From NCBI GenBank assembly GCA_000002445.1, contig AE017150.2, positions 864,001-928,000 of the forward strand: a stretch of DNA of 64,000 nt, read 5' to 3'. The notes beneath the pieces are model-generated. The model searched no databases, was not told where the DNA came from, and worked only from the letters and a program-made list of their open reading frames with translations. Each line of letters begins with the position of its first letter. Position 1 is the first letter of the stretch. This document shows positions 31,261-41,712 of the stretch, piece after piece. The DNA is from Trypanosoma brucei (Eukaryota). The translations under genes and the position numbers were made by a program.

Positions 31261-32445
31261 TTACTTCTTACCTCCTTTAGCTGCATTAAATTTGAAGAAG
31301 ATTATATCACCGTCCCTTACCTCATAGTTCCTTCCCTCCTGATGTTGCTTACCTGCTTCGCGACAGGCAGCTTCACTCTCCAATTTTTCGTAGTCCTCCC
31401 AGTGAATCACCTCGGCACAGATGAACCCTTTCTCCATGTCAGAATGAATCTTTCCAGCGGCCTGAGGGGCTTTTGTGCCACGTTGTATTGTCCAACATTT
31501 CACTTCATCCGGGCCCGCTGTAAAATAGTGAATCAAGTTAATCGCATGGTAAGCACTGGTTATAATCTTCGGAACTTGAGACTTAGTTTTATTTTGCTTG
31601 AGAAATTCTTCGGCTTCTTCTGAAGACATATTAAGGAGGTTGGCCTCCATCTCCGCGGAAACTGGGATAAGAAGCTCCCCGGTATGCTTGTCGATCCATT
31701 CTTTTAGCTTCGCAAGCCACTTACTCCGTTGACGGATGAAATCTTTCTCGGACATATTAGCCAGAAATATTGCCGGTTTTGCCGTCAATAGTTGAAGTGT
31801 ATTGAGAAAGTCGATCTCCTTATTATTCCACTGATAGCACCGAACCTGTTCACCCTTCTCTAAGTGATCCCTTACCTTATGCAATATTTCTAGATCATTC
31901 TTTTTGGTTTTATCAAGTCCGCGATTGACTATCACAGTTAATTTATCAATCAAACCGTTGACAACCTGTAAATCCTTCAGTACGAGTTCTGAAAAGATGA
32001 TGTCCAAGTCCCGGACAGGATCGAGTTCACCCTCCACATGAGTGATGTCTTCCTCCTCGAAAACACGGATCATATGAATAACACCATCACATTCATTGAT
32101 GTGAGATAAGAAAGCATTGCCAAGCCCCTCCCCGTGACTGGCCCCGCGTACCAAGCCAGCAATATCACGTATATGAACCTGTGCTGGGACAACAGACGCC
32201 GGCTTGTTAAGCTGCACCAGCTTGTCAAATCTGTCATCCGGAATGTTTATGTCCGCCGTATTAGGATCTATCGTGCAAAACGGACGATTTTCCGCTGGAA
32301 CTCCCTTTTTGGATAACACGTTAAAAAATGTGGACTTACCAACGTTCGGGAGCCCAACAATGCCGACCTTCAGATTACTGCCTGGCCGCCCGAGGAGAAC
32401 CGTAAGGGACTCCTGTGATTTGTCATCCTTCTTCTTAGGTGGCAT
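31261..32445 (-). CDS. OLA1: Obg-like ATPase 1 (OLA1/YchF)
   Basis: Start MPPKKKDDK. P-loop LKVGIVGLPNVGKSTFFN. NxxD and G-domain motifs are present. C-terminal TGS-like region (FICAEVIHWEDY...). Confidence 0.9.
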   Translation of the reverse strand: MPPKKKDDKSQESLTVLLGRPGSNLKVGIVGLPNVGKSTFFNVLSKKGVPAENRPFCTIDPNTADINIPDDRFDKLVQLNKPASVVPAQVHIRDIAGLVRGASHGEGLGNAFLSHINECDGVIHMIRVFEEEDITHVEGELDPVRDLDIIFSELVLKDLQVVNGLIDKLTVIVNRGLDKTKKNDLEILHKVRDHLEKGEQVRCYQWNNKEIDFLNTLQLLTAKPAIFLANMSEKDFIRQRSKWLAKLKEWIDKHTGELLIPVSAEMEANLLNMSSEEAEEFLKQNKTKSQVPKIITSAYHAINLIHYFTAGPDEVKCWTIQRGTKAPQAAGKIHSDMEKGFICAEVIHWEDYEKLESEAACREAGKQHQEGRNYEVRDGDIIFFKFNAAKGGKK

Positions 32446-32658
32446 ATATTTCCTTCCAAATTGAAGTTTAGTTAGCACAATTCAGGCGGCTAAGGGTCAA
32501 AAGGGTTGAAACAAAATGAAGAAGGTACTTATTTACAACAAGAAGCACCCAGTACACGCAAATACGCATTTTAAAAAAAAAAAGCGCAACAACTCGATAA
32601 GCCTTTGGGTTATATGGATGGCTAACATTGGTAAACGAACGTTATGCCGCCATTTATG

Positions 32659-33201
32659 TCATAGACTGAATCGAGCAATCGACATATCATTAACTGAGCT
32701 CTCTTCTTCATCTCCGGTGAAGTGGGTGACACTGGGTTCTTGTACACCGCTTCCACCATCGGTAGAACTATACGAACGACAAGCGCAGGCACAACAATTG
32801 TTTTGTAACAATGCCTTCAACTCCTCTAGCTCCCTCGTTTTCGACGATATGAGGGCCGCGTTTTCGGCAAGGGCCTCCAAAAGAACGCGGTCGTCACCAT
32901 CGGCATTTAGGGTGCTAATATCGTTGCTCGATAACGTCTGATGTCTTGTCCCTGAATTACGTCCTTCATCATTCAAGAATTCATTGATGTTAGCGTTGCT
33001 CTCCTTTAGTTTTTGAATATACTTTTCAATTTCTTCGATTTTATATGCAATGATCTCCATTTTATCACCATCCGACACAGGACCAATTAGCTTCCGCGGT
33101 AAAGCGGCGCTCCGTCGGAGCATGAACACACCCGGGAGAACCATATCCCCCCAACCATCACTACCGTCACCCGACATATCCTTTATACTAAAACAACACA
33201 C
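32659..33201 (-). CDS. hypothetical small coiled-coil protein
   Basis: 180-aa ORF. Central coiled coil (KMEIIAYKIEEIEKYIQKLKESNANINEFLNDEG ... TRELEELKALLQNN). Confidence 0.35.
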   Translation of the reverse strand: MCCFSIKDMSGDGSDGWGDMVLPGVFMLRRSAALPRKLIGPVSDGDKMEIIAYKIEEIEKYIQKLKESNANINEFLNDEGRNSGTRHQTLSSNDISTLNADGDDRVLLEALAENAALISSKTRELEELKALLQNNCCACACRSYSSTDGGSGVQEPSVTHFTGDEEESSVNDMSIARFSL

Positions 33202-33387
33202 ACAGATGTATATACCTAGAAAAACGAACGTCTCAACAAAGTGAAAGTTTATGTGTGATATAAAGATAAATTTATATCACAGTGACAATCGCAATAACGC
33301 TCCAAGCAATACAAAGCAAAATGAAAGCTTTAACCTGCACTGAGGCATAATTCAAAAAAAAAACTAAAACTAGATTGCCACACATAT

Positions 33388-34934
33388 CTACAATTTTAAC
33401 TTAGAAATGAGCGAAACACAATCTAGGGCTAACTCAACAGCCCTCACAGACCGCCGAAACTCTTCGCAATCCACCATGTGACCACTTGATACATAAGACC
33501 TACCGCTTCTGTACTGCCCAACAACACTATTTGCATATGACATCGAACTCATCAGCTTAGCGTGATCCTCAGCAATTTTCTCTACCTCCTGGACATACGT
33601 TGCCGGAGGCTCCACCAAAGAGGGGTTAAGACAAATAGCATGTGAAACCAGCACGGCGTGTATGGCGCCAGCAAAGTGCCGAAGGTACGCATTCTGACTA
33701 CCGTGACGGGGTAACCGACGGCAAATATACTCAGCTAAAAACAGACAACATATGCCAACGACCCCGCCGTTGGTATACATCGAACCAGAATACACCTCGT
33801 AGGCGTATTGAGCTGCCTTTTCACACACTTCTAGTAGAGCCAACTTGGTGATGGGATCACCAACGGGAATTACTATTGTCGCCACACTGTTTTTTCCATA
33901 TATCCAAAGCCCTCCCTCTCTTGACAGCGTTGCTCTGCGCACCATTCCGACCTTAAAGAAACCCCGCTTCGCTGATCCAGCGTATTCTGCCCACGCACAA
34001 AACTCGTGCTCGGTATGAAATGGTGTTGCTCCCGTTGCATGCTGGATAGCGTCACAGACACACAACGACAACCGCTCAAGAGAGACTATTCCCATGTCAA
34101 AAAGCAGTTCCTTCAGCTCACAACACATCAGGCGCTGGGATCCCAAGAAACTAACCCCTATACTGCCCACCAACGTTAGAAAGTCCTCCAACACAGCACC
34201 TCTCATCTCAAGTGAGCACGAAAACAGCAGTATACCACCTTCTCTACAGTCACCCTCCAACAGCATTCGTGATTCTATGGGCAAGTTAACAGATATAAAT
34301 ACCCCATCTTCCACATAAACCTCACTCAACTGTGTTTCCACAGATGACAATAAACACTGACTAACTTCTAGCATGTGGGCATCACTCGTTAAAAAGTATA
34401 TATTCTTTTTTTGGATCACAACATTAGAAATAAGTTGCGCAAGAAAGGCACAATCACCTTTTGCCAAAACACCGCAGCTGAGCAAAATCGACTCCACTCC
34501 ATGCAAGCAGCAATGACTAAATGTTGACTTACACCTTTCGGACCACAAGAAGCCGAAATAAGCTTCGTTGGCCCACTCCTTCAGCAACTTTACAGCTTGA
34601 TGCAAATACATACGTTTCCGGTAACAACAACTGACGCCGCCTACAACACCATCTACTGCACCGAAAAGCCTACATACTAAAAAACCAACCAGCAAACGCG
34701 ACGATTCTTCATAAAAATAAACTTCATTTAAACCTGAAGCCCGAGAAAGCAGCAAGGCACCAAAAAGCTGATTACAACTGTCCCCGCTTTGCATCATACT
34801 GTATTTGACAACATAGCTAAACCACGCAGCCTTAACACTAATACCAGAAGAATCAACAAACAAAAAACGTCTACGACGCCCATATACTTCAAAAAAACAT
34901 ATATTTAAAAAAGTTAACAACTCTTTCAAATTCA
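33388..34934 (-). CDS. divergent TCP-1/cpn60-family chaperonin-like protein (BBS/MKKS-type chaperonin-like?)
   Basis: ELLFDMGIVSLERLSLCVCDAIQHATGATP resembles the CCT intermediate/apical hinge block (dl.rla.atGa). SGSMYTNGGVVGICCLFLAEYI resembles the PGGGA(xE) block. The ORF track extends the ORF to 35028, but those extra 31 codons lie inside the SIRE-like repeat. The likely true start is MNLKELL at 34934. Confidence 0.4.
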
Positions 34935-34954
34935 TACTAATCACGCTAATACAA

Positions 34955-35518
34955 ACCTCATAATCAGACGCAAATCCAACATAGAAAAAGAAAAGGGGAT
35001 AAATCCGGTTAATTCCTCCTTCCGCCACACCAGCAGCACAAACACAACAAAAATGACGAAAAATGATACCAAATCACAACTACAAAAGAAAAAAATAAAA
35101 GTTACGAAACCATCCCGACACCTTGAAACATTTGAACAACACAAATAGCTGCGGGGGCTACGACAACCACAACAACGCAGCAACCAGTGGACCCTCTGAG
35201 GGACGGATGCTCGCACCGCAAAGAAAACTTCGGAGAGCACCACACACACACACACACACCCGTCTGAACCGCTCCCGTCGCGAGAAACAGCCTCCGCCTC
35301 TTCTCAGGTCAAGCACCGCTTAATACCACCGAACCAACATTCCCCACTGCATTCCGCACCCACACCACGGAAACACCACCGTCCAGACACGCTACAACAG
35401 TAAATATGAGTAGGGCCCGTCAAAACACACGGCATCCGGTGGGAAATGCCAACACGTTGCCACAAATTGGCGCAATCATGCAAAAGTCACTACCGCAACA
35501 ACCGAGGGCACTCCAGTA
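34955..35518 (-). repeat. intact SIRE-like interspersed repeat (~565 bp; segments X'+A), inverted relative to the split copy at 36640-37057 + 41360-41505
   Basis: The reverse complement of 35095-35518 matches 36640-37057 almost perfectly, including an internal (CA)8. The reverse complement of 34955-35095 matches 41360-41505. The contiguous small ORFs (66 aa MKHLNNTN..., 104 aa MCVCVV...) are mirrored on both strands. Confidence 0.85.
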
Positions 35519-36639
35519 GCCTCAGTTGTCATATCTTCGCTTTTCCTCCCGCTCCTGGAGACACCCTTGCTGTCCCACCAACCGCCTGAATCTACGCGCA
35601 CCTGCCCGCAGACGGCCCTTTTGTCACCGGTTTCCGCCCACACCTGTCACCGCAGCAACAGCCCGCCTATACTCCACGAGCCGGTGCCGGCAGAGGGAAG
35701 TGCCTTGCTTTTCGCATAATGCCACTGAACAAAGTCCCAAGCGAAAACAATGAGGGACAGCCGCACAAGACCGCCCAGTAGCGTAGTGACGGCAGCTCAG
35801 ATAGAGCGCTGCGGACCCAATGGATGCCATGACGGCTCTGAGGTTTACCCCCCCCCCCCCCGTGGAGGCAAACTCAGCGAGACCGGGGTCAAAGGGCCCA
35901 CTTGCCTTGTTCTGCCGATAAAACATAGAAAGGCGACAGGTGACCCGCGGCATCTGGTTTCCTGTCAGCAAGGTGGTGTCGACCACTGCAGCCCCATCGT
36001 GCAGTGGGTGCCATTCCCCAGCGTAAGAAAAGCATCGGTTGGGTGTGTGCCCTATCTGGTCCCCGGATGAACCTTCCCAACATATCGCTAGTCACATTCT
36101 TTTGCGGCGACCCACCCTCAAGCCCTTGCTAGCGGCCAAAGCTCTTCAGACACGGGTGTACTGGTACTTGTTGAGGATTTCCCTCACCTTATTCGGGTTC
36201 CATCTTTGGTGCTTCAGTGCGTTAGAAGGTCCGCCATATGCTGGCTCGTTGGGTGCATTTTTCGATACGTAGAACACGGTCTCAACGTCTTATTGGCGAA
36301 GCTCCGGCAAATTGCTATGGGGGCCCAGTGACCGGGCAAAGGTCCTACGTTTGAGGAGTCGCGGCTGACGGGCGACTTTTGAGTACCACATTTCAAAGGA
36401 AAATGGGGGGGGGGCGGCCAGTGATTCAATCGGTTCGTCCGGAACATTAAGTGGCCTTGGAGATGAAATCCTTTACTTGCCTCGGAAGCGACGCAAATCT
36501 CTCACTATAGTTGGGGAGAAATAGCCCTCGCCCCTCCGGCGTCCAAGCTTGCACGCGGAAGTACCCTAAGGGTGACGCTACCTAATCATAGAGGGACAAC
36601 GCATCACAAGAACTTCGAACTGCGGAAAGATAAGAGTGC

Positions 36640-37057
36640 CCTCGGTTGTTGCGGTAGTGACTTTTGCATGATTGCGCCAATTTGTGGCAACGTGTTGGCA
36701 TTTCCCACCGGATGCCGTGTGTTTTGACGGGCCCTACTCATATTTACTGTTGTAGCGTGTCTGGACGGTGGTGTTTCCGTGGTGTGGGTGCGGAATGCAG
36801 TGGGGAATGTTGGTTCGGTGGTATTAAGCGGTGCTTGACCTGAGAAGAGGCGGAGGCTGTTTCTCGCGACGGGAGCGGTTCAGACGGGTGTGTGTGTGTG
36901 TGTGTGGTGCTCTCCGAAGTTTTCTTTGCGGTGCGAGCATCCGTCCCTCAGAGGGTCCACTGGTTGCTGCGTTGTTGTGGTTGTCGTAGCCCCCGCAGCT
37001 ATTTGTGTTGTTCAAATGTTTCAAGGTGTCGGGATGGTTTCGTAACTTTTATTTTTG
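36640..37057 (+). repeat. 5' part (A') of the split SIRE-like repeat, flanking the retroelement
   Basis: Matches the reverse complement of 35095-35518. Similarity stops at cttttattttt|gtgagg. Confidence 0.85.
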
Positions 37058-37454
37058 TGAGGTTGAGAAAGGAATCGTCCATCCTTACCACTTTCCTTGT
37101 TATTCGTTCTTTCCTTTCTTATATATGCATAGAAAAACTATTACTGAGGAAAGTTTTTTAAAAAGGTAAGTAATCGCTGTAAGTTTTGAGAGATGGTAAC
37201 GACAACCCCTCCAACTATATTGGATGCCGAATGGAAAATAAGTTTGAAAGAAATAAGGACTTTTGTGAAGCAGGGCGGTCGGACCACATTTTCATTCGAC
37301 TATTGTCCCCCTTTTGGAAATACAGCGGTACACGTAGACGGTTTGGTGAGGCTTGAAAATGGAGAGCTTCGAGTGATTTTTGACTAGGCAGCTAAATTTC
37401 GTCGATTTACGGAGCTCGTTGGTTTCCTTCAATATGCCCTAAAACATTGAATTC

Positions 37455-38440
37455 TTGTGTATGTTCAAAGAAAATAGAGATATGTTTCGTAACGAATGTC
37501 TAGCACTAGAAGCAAATAAGTCTAATTTATACCAACAGTACGAAATGACAAGACCACAAATGAATGATGAGCACTGGAGAATGCAAAACCAGTCGATGGA
37601 ACTGAATAGGCAAGTTGAAAGGTTCATGCAAGAAAATTGTGCTTTGAGAGGGGAAATGGAACAGATGCTCTTCCATAACAATAGGTTAGTAGTTGTCATT
37701 GAATCGATAACACCTGAGTTACACCACTGGAAGATATTAGCAAATACGGACGCCACACATAAAACGGATCCAGTTGTCGAACAAGGGAGAGTAAAGAATG
37801 AATCAGATCAAAAGGAAAAAGGTAGAATAGAAATAAAGTTCCCTTTTGACTCATACAAATCACAGTTTTGTCAGAAATCAAGCGGTTAACATGTAAGGAA
37901 CCACAAGGTAGGAATCAGAGGCATTCAGCAGGTAAAAATAGCTTTGTGGGCAAGGGTTTTCCCCCTAAAGAAAACATACGGACGTTTAAAGGGGAGATCG
38001 AATACATGACGGAGACATCACCGGAACAGTTTTTTAACTGCGTACAAAGAATTGTTCCCATTACCACAAAAACCGGATTACGGGTCACAATGCGTCTGGG
38101 AGCAATTTGCGGCGTGGATAAGTGCAGTGGGAGTATAAGGATCTCAGAAGGTGGGATAACAGTCGGGAGGTCGATTCACACTTATCTTCGAGTCTTACAA
38201 ACAGCGAAAGCCCATCCGGGGGTGCGAGTGGAAGCGTTGGCAAAGGCAGTACATGACTCAAGGAGGGACGAGGATCCATACCATCAAGCATACCCAAAAG
38301 TTCAAAAACCGACTTCCCAAGTTAGCAGAATACGATGCTTCCGATGTGGGAAGTTGGAGCACTACAGTGCGTCATGCTTCGTTAAGGATGCCAAGGTTCC
38401 GTGGAAGCCAACAAGCGAATACCGGCCCCGGAAACAGTAA
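37455..38440 (+). pseudogene. gag-like ORF remnant with CCHC zinc knuckle (frameshifted near 37870)
   Basis: A coiled-coil N-terminal ORF (37455-37889) is followed, in a different frame, by a 190-aa ORF ending ...RIRCFRCGKLEHYSASCFVKD. This contains a Cx2Cx4Hx4C motif. Confidence 0.6.
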
Positions 38441-38870
38441 GCTTCGGGGCCGAGAAAATATTGGAATCCGTATCCATGGTTACGGGGCCAAGGACCCACA
38501 AGTGGGTAATAGCGAATGGAGAAATGCCACGGAAAACTTGCCGGGTAAAGGTCTGATGGTAGAGGAGGACACAGAGGACACAAAGGGAAGAGAGCCAGCA
38601 AGAGAAACGGCATCCCCAGTTTTGCGCCCTACGAAAACACCGGTAAACGAAGTTATCGTTATAAAACTGGCGACCCACGATCCGGTTATGGCGGCGTGGG
38701 CTTCATAATCGAATTGCATAGCAAGGGTCATGAGGACACAGTCAACTTGGGAGCAGCGGCGGTCGATTCTCAGAAGATTCTGCGAGTTTGCGGCAAAACA
38801 CAACGTGGAGCCAAGTGAGGGGAATGTTCCCATCTTCATTGTGAGTTTGTAACTGGACAAAAGCAGCGCC

Positions 38871-39382
38871 GTGAGGTATACAGGAACTCTTTTGTCGATG
38901 CTGGCAGCGGAAAAGGCACTAGCAAGAATGTTTTTGTTGGGTTTGCAGAGAAAAGTGGAGGAAACACCAATAAAGCAGGCCTGCCCCATGGAGATGTGGG
39001 AGCTGGACATGATAAGCGACACAACGGAACTGGAAAGGGAGCGAGTGGCCATGCGTCTGTCTTGGGTCACTGCCAGTCGTTGGGGAGAGATTGCTTCGCT
39101 GCAAAAGGAAAATTTTGTCGCTCATCCTCAGGACGAGGAGGCACTAATCGTCGACTGGGGGGCATCCCAAAGACATTCAAGTTAGATCCACGCAGAGCAG
39201 CGAGATATGTGGTCATCGCGGGCGAGGACGCCAAAAAGTTGAAGAAAGTCGTAAGGTTGATGGTGGATGAAGAAAAACTAACCACCATCAGCACAAGGGA
39301 CGTGGAAAACATTCTGAAACCTTACGCAATGACGGTACATTCTATAAAAAAAAAAGGGGGTCTCTACCTCATGCGACCGTAG
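38871..39382 (+). pseudogene. tyrosine recombinase (DIRS/VIPER-type integrase) remnant
   Basis: LSWVTASRWGEIASLQKENFV resembles the box I arginine region (LxxxTGxRxxExxxL) of YR catalytic domains. A later HSIKKKGG...Y region lies in a shifted frame. Confidence 0.4.
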
Positions 39383-39774
39383 CGGTGGTAGAAAACGACC
39401 TCGACTCACACATTCTGGCCCAGATGGGAAAACACGCGGACCCCATGGAATTTCGTCGGAGCACCACTAGGAATTTAGGGTCGTGGGTGGCAGTGCTAAA
39501 CAAGTAAATTTAACAGTGCTCATGCATAAACGGAGGGTGAGTGGGCCACGTTACTGTGGAAGGTTCAGAATCCAACGATAAAAATAATAGGACAGGACCT
39601 TTATTTCAGAGACACAACATTCTCCGACGCACCCATCAAACCAAGGTCGCCTCGGATACTGAGCAACAGGAGTCACCGTAACAACAGATGAATGTGGAGA
39701 CTTTATCGCTAAAATGGATCAAGTAACGACTGAATAGTCAATATTTACAGCTCTTCAATGATGTTTGGGAGACC

Positions 39775-41163
39775 ATGCGCAGACCGGCCAGGAAAGAAGG
39801 TCGGGAATACGAGCCAAAATTGACGATTTCAGACCAGAATACTATCACCGTGGAAAGAGAGGGTACAATTCAGAAAGTGTCCAACAACCCTACCACGGGT
39901 TGGGCGGTGCCCTTCACGGTAGTTGAAGAGAAGCCAACGGGTTGTCGAGGGCGAATCATTACATGGCCAAAGTCTAAGAATGCACAGGACGATTATGAAG
40001 CTATTGTTCCTCTGGGACACGTGCCACGCTACCTGGATGCTGTCCATGATGAGGGTGCAGCGCTTTGTGATTTAAAAGCTTCGTTTTCTTAAAAGCGGGC
40101 TTGCTGATGGACACCCGATCAGGTTTCTTATGCCGGACGGCAGGTGGAAAGCTCGTGGAACTTGCCCGACTTCCTATGGGTTACAAGTGTGGCCCGGGAG
40201 TCTTACACACGGCCCCGTGTGTATTGGCCGGGGACTCTGCAGTAGTGAAAGCTGAATATGCAGCGCCTTCGTAGCTAAAAGTACATGTGTGGATTGATAA
40301 TATTCGTATTAGCAGTCCACGGGAAGTTGTAAACTGATGGAACAAGGTGATTAGAAGAAACATGTTACAGCGCGGCGCAACTTCATGGAAAAGCAAGTCC
40401 ATCACCGCACTATATGATTTCATTGGAGTCCACTTTGGTCATGGTTCAAAGATGGTGCCATTGAGCAAAAAAACGGTGCGGAAACTCAGGAGGCTATCCC
40501 ACTGAGAGGGTTACTGTTGACAGTTTGGAGAGCATAGTATCCCGAATGATGTATGCGGCAGGGGCACGGGGAGGTTCTCTGTTCCGACATTTTTTTTTCT
40601 TAAAGATGGTAAGACGGCGCTTGTCGGAGCTCAACAGGTGTGTCTTGGCGCAGAACGACATGGCACGGCTTTCCCTCCAGGCAATCCGCATGGGGCAGGA
40701 GTGACTAAGCGGGTTGATCGAAAAAGAACCCGTTAAGCCGTCAAGGTAATTACCGACTTCTGCAACATCGGTTACCGATGCTTCTATACACGGCTGGTGA
40801 GCTTCACTTTTTAAGGACAATGGGAAAGTATGGGCTTCAGGAGGCCAGCGGGCACAACCTCCACATTGTATCTCTCATACCAAGGCGAGAGCAGTGACAT
40901 TGGCATTGAGAGCTTTTCAGGGCAGCCTGCTTAATAATATTTACGTATGTGTGGATAATACTACAGTTATGCATGTCACGAAAAAAGGTAACACACACTC
41001 CGATGCTTCGGTTCAAGAAGTAAGTTTAATAGATCATGTTTATCTGGAGGAAGGCATCGAGGCTCTTTGGGACTATGTTGTTTCATTAGCGAATTTCGCT
41101 GATGGTATCTCACGGAGGAGGGCGGTTTTTCCATCGGACTTAGCGAAAGGGTGGAACTTGTGA
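39775..41163 (+). pseudogene. reverse transcriptase / RNase H remnants
   Basis: A VHVWIDNIRIS peptide (YxDD-like, around 40280) is followed by a stop. The ORF 40894-41163 contains ...YVCVDNTTV... and ...SLANFADGISRR, which is an RNase H-like C-terminal (N..AD.LA) pattern. Confidence 0.35.
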
Positions 41164-41359
41164 TAGGGAGCGCGGGAGGCGGGATGAGAACGCTTTCACC
41201 AATTCCTTATCGTAAGTGTTTTGTTTCTTTCATTGTCTTAATATTGGGAGTTTTACCTACATTGAAAAAGCTTACCGTGATACCCCAAAATTGGCCATTT
41301 AAATAATTATATCTTTATCATAATTCTCTTCTATATGTAGGAGTAGGTAAGGTGCAAAC

Positions 41360-41505
41360 TATTCTTTTCTTTTGTAGTTGTGATTTGGTATCATTTTTCG
41401 TCACTTTTGTTGTGTTTGTGCCGCTGGTGTGGCGGAAGGAGGAATTAACCGGATTTATCCCCTTTTCTTTTTCTATGTTGGATTTGCGTCTGATTATAAG
41501 ATTCA
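41360..41505 (+). repeat. 3' part (X) of the split SIRE-like repeat, flanking the retroelement
   Basis: Matches the reverse complement of 34955-35095 (ttcttttgtagttgtgatttggtatcatttttcgtca...ggaattaaccggatttatcccc...). A pyrimidine-rich tract and AG dinucleotides follow, ahead of the VAMP7-like gene. Confidence 0.8.
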
Positions 41506-41712
41506 TCCGTGCGTGTTGTATAATTATTGATTGTTTTATGTTTGTAATTGGTTATTTGTTGCTTGTTTCTTATATTGCTCTTTTATTTGCTTCGTTGATA
41601 TGCTCAAATATATTCTTTTACATGTTTGTAGTGTAGTGTAGTTGAAGGAAAGGGTCCTAGTTTGTACCTGAGTATTGTGTTACTCTTTTTTATATATGGG
41701 AAGGAATTGCCA

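Larger units (their letters stand above)
37058..41359 (+). mobile_element. degenerate tyrosine-recombinase retroelement (VIPER/DIRS-like; gag - YR - RT/RNaseH order), non-autonomous remnant
   Basis: Remnants appear in the order gag with zinc knuckle, tyrosine-recombinase fragment, RT YxDD-like box, then RNase H-like C-terminus. All are interrupted by stops and frameshifts. The block is bounded by the two halves of one SIRE-like repeat. Confidence 0.6.
35029..41712. promoter_or_regulatory. divergent strand-switch region between the two PTUs (putative RNA Pol II transcription start region), occupied by repeat and retroelement sequence
   Basis: All genes to the left are on the minus strand and all genes to the right are on the plus strand. 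In kinetoplastids such divergent SSRs are the sites of bidirectional Pol II initiation. Confidence 0.45.

Noticed and set aside
35123-35323. Identical 66-aa ORFs (MKHLNNTNSCGGYDNHNN...) at 35123-35323 (+) and 36824-37024 (-), and mirrored 104-aa/89-aa ORFs MCVCVVLSEVFF...
   Set aside because: They are a consequence of the inverted SIRE-like repeat arms. The composition is low-complexity (HTHTHT from the CA tract), so these are not independent protein-coding genes.
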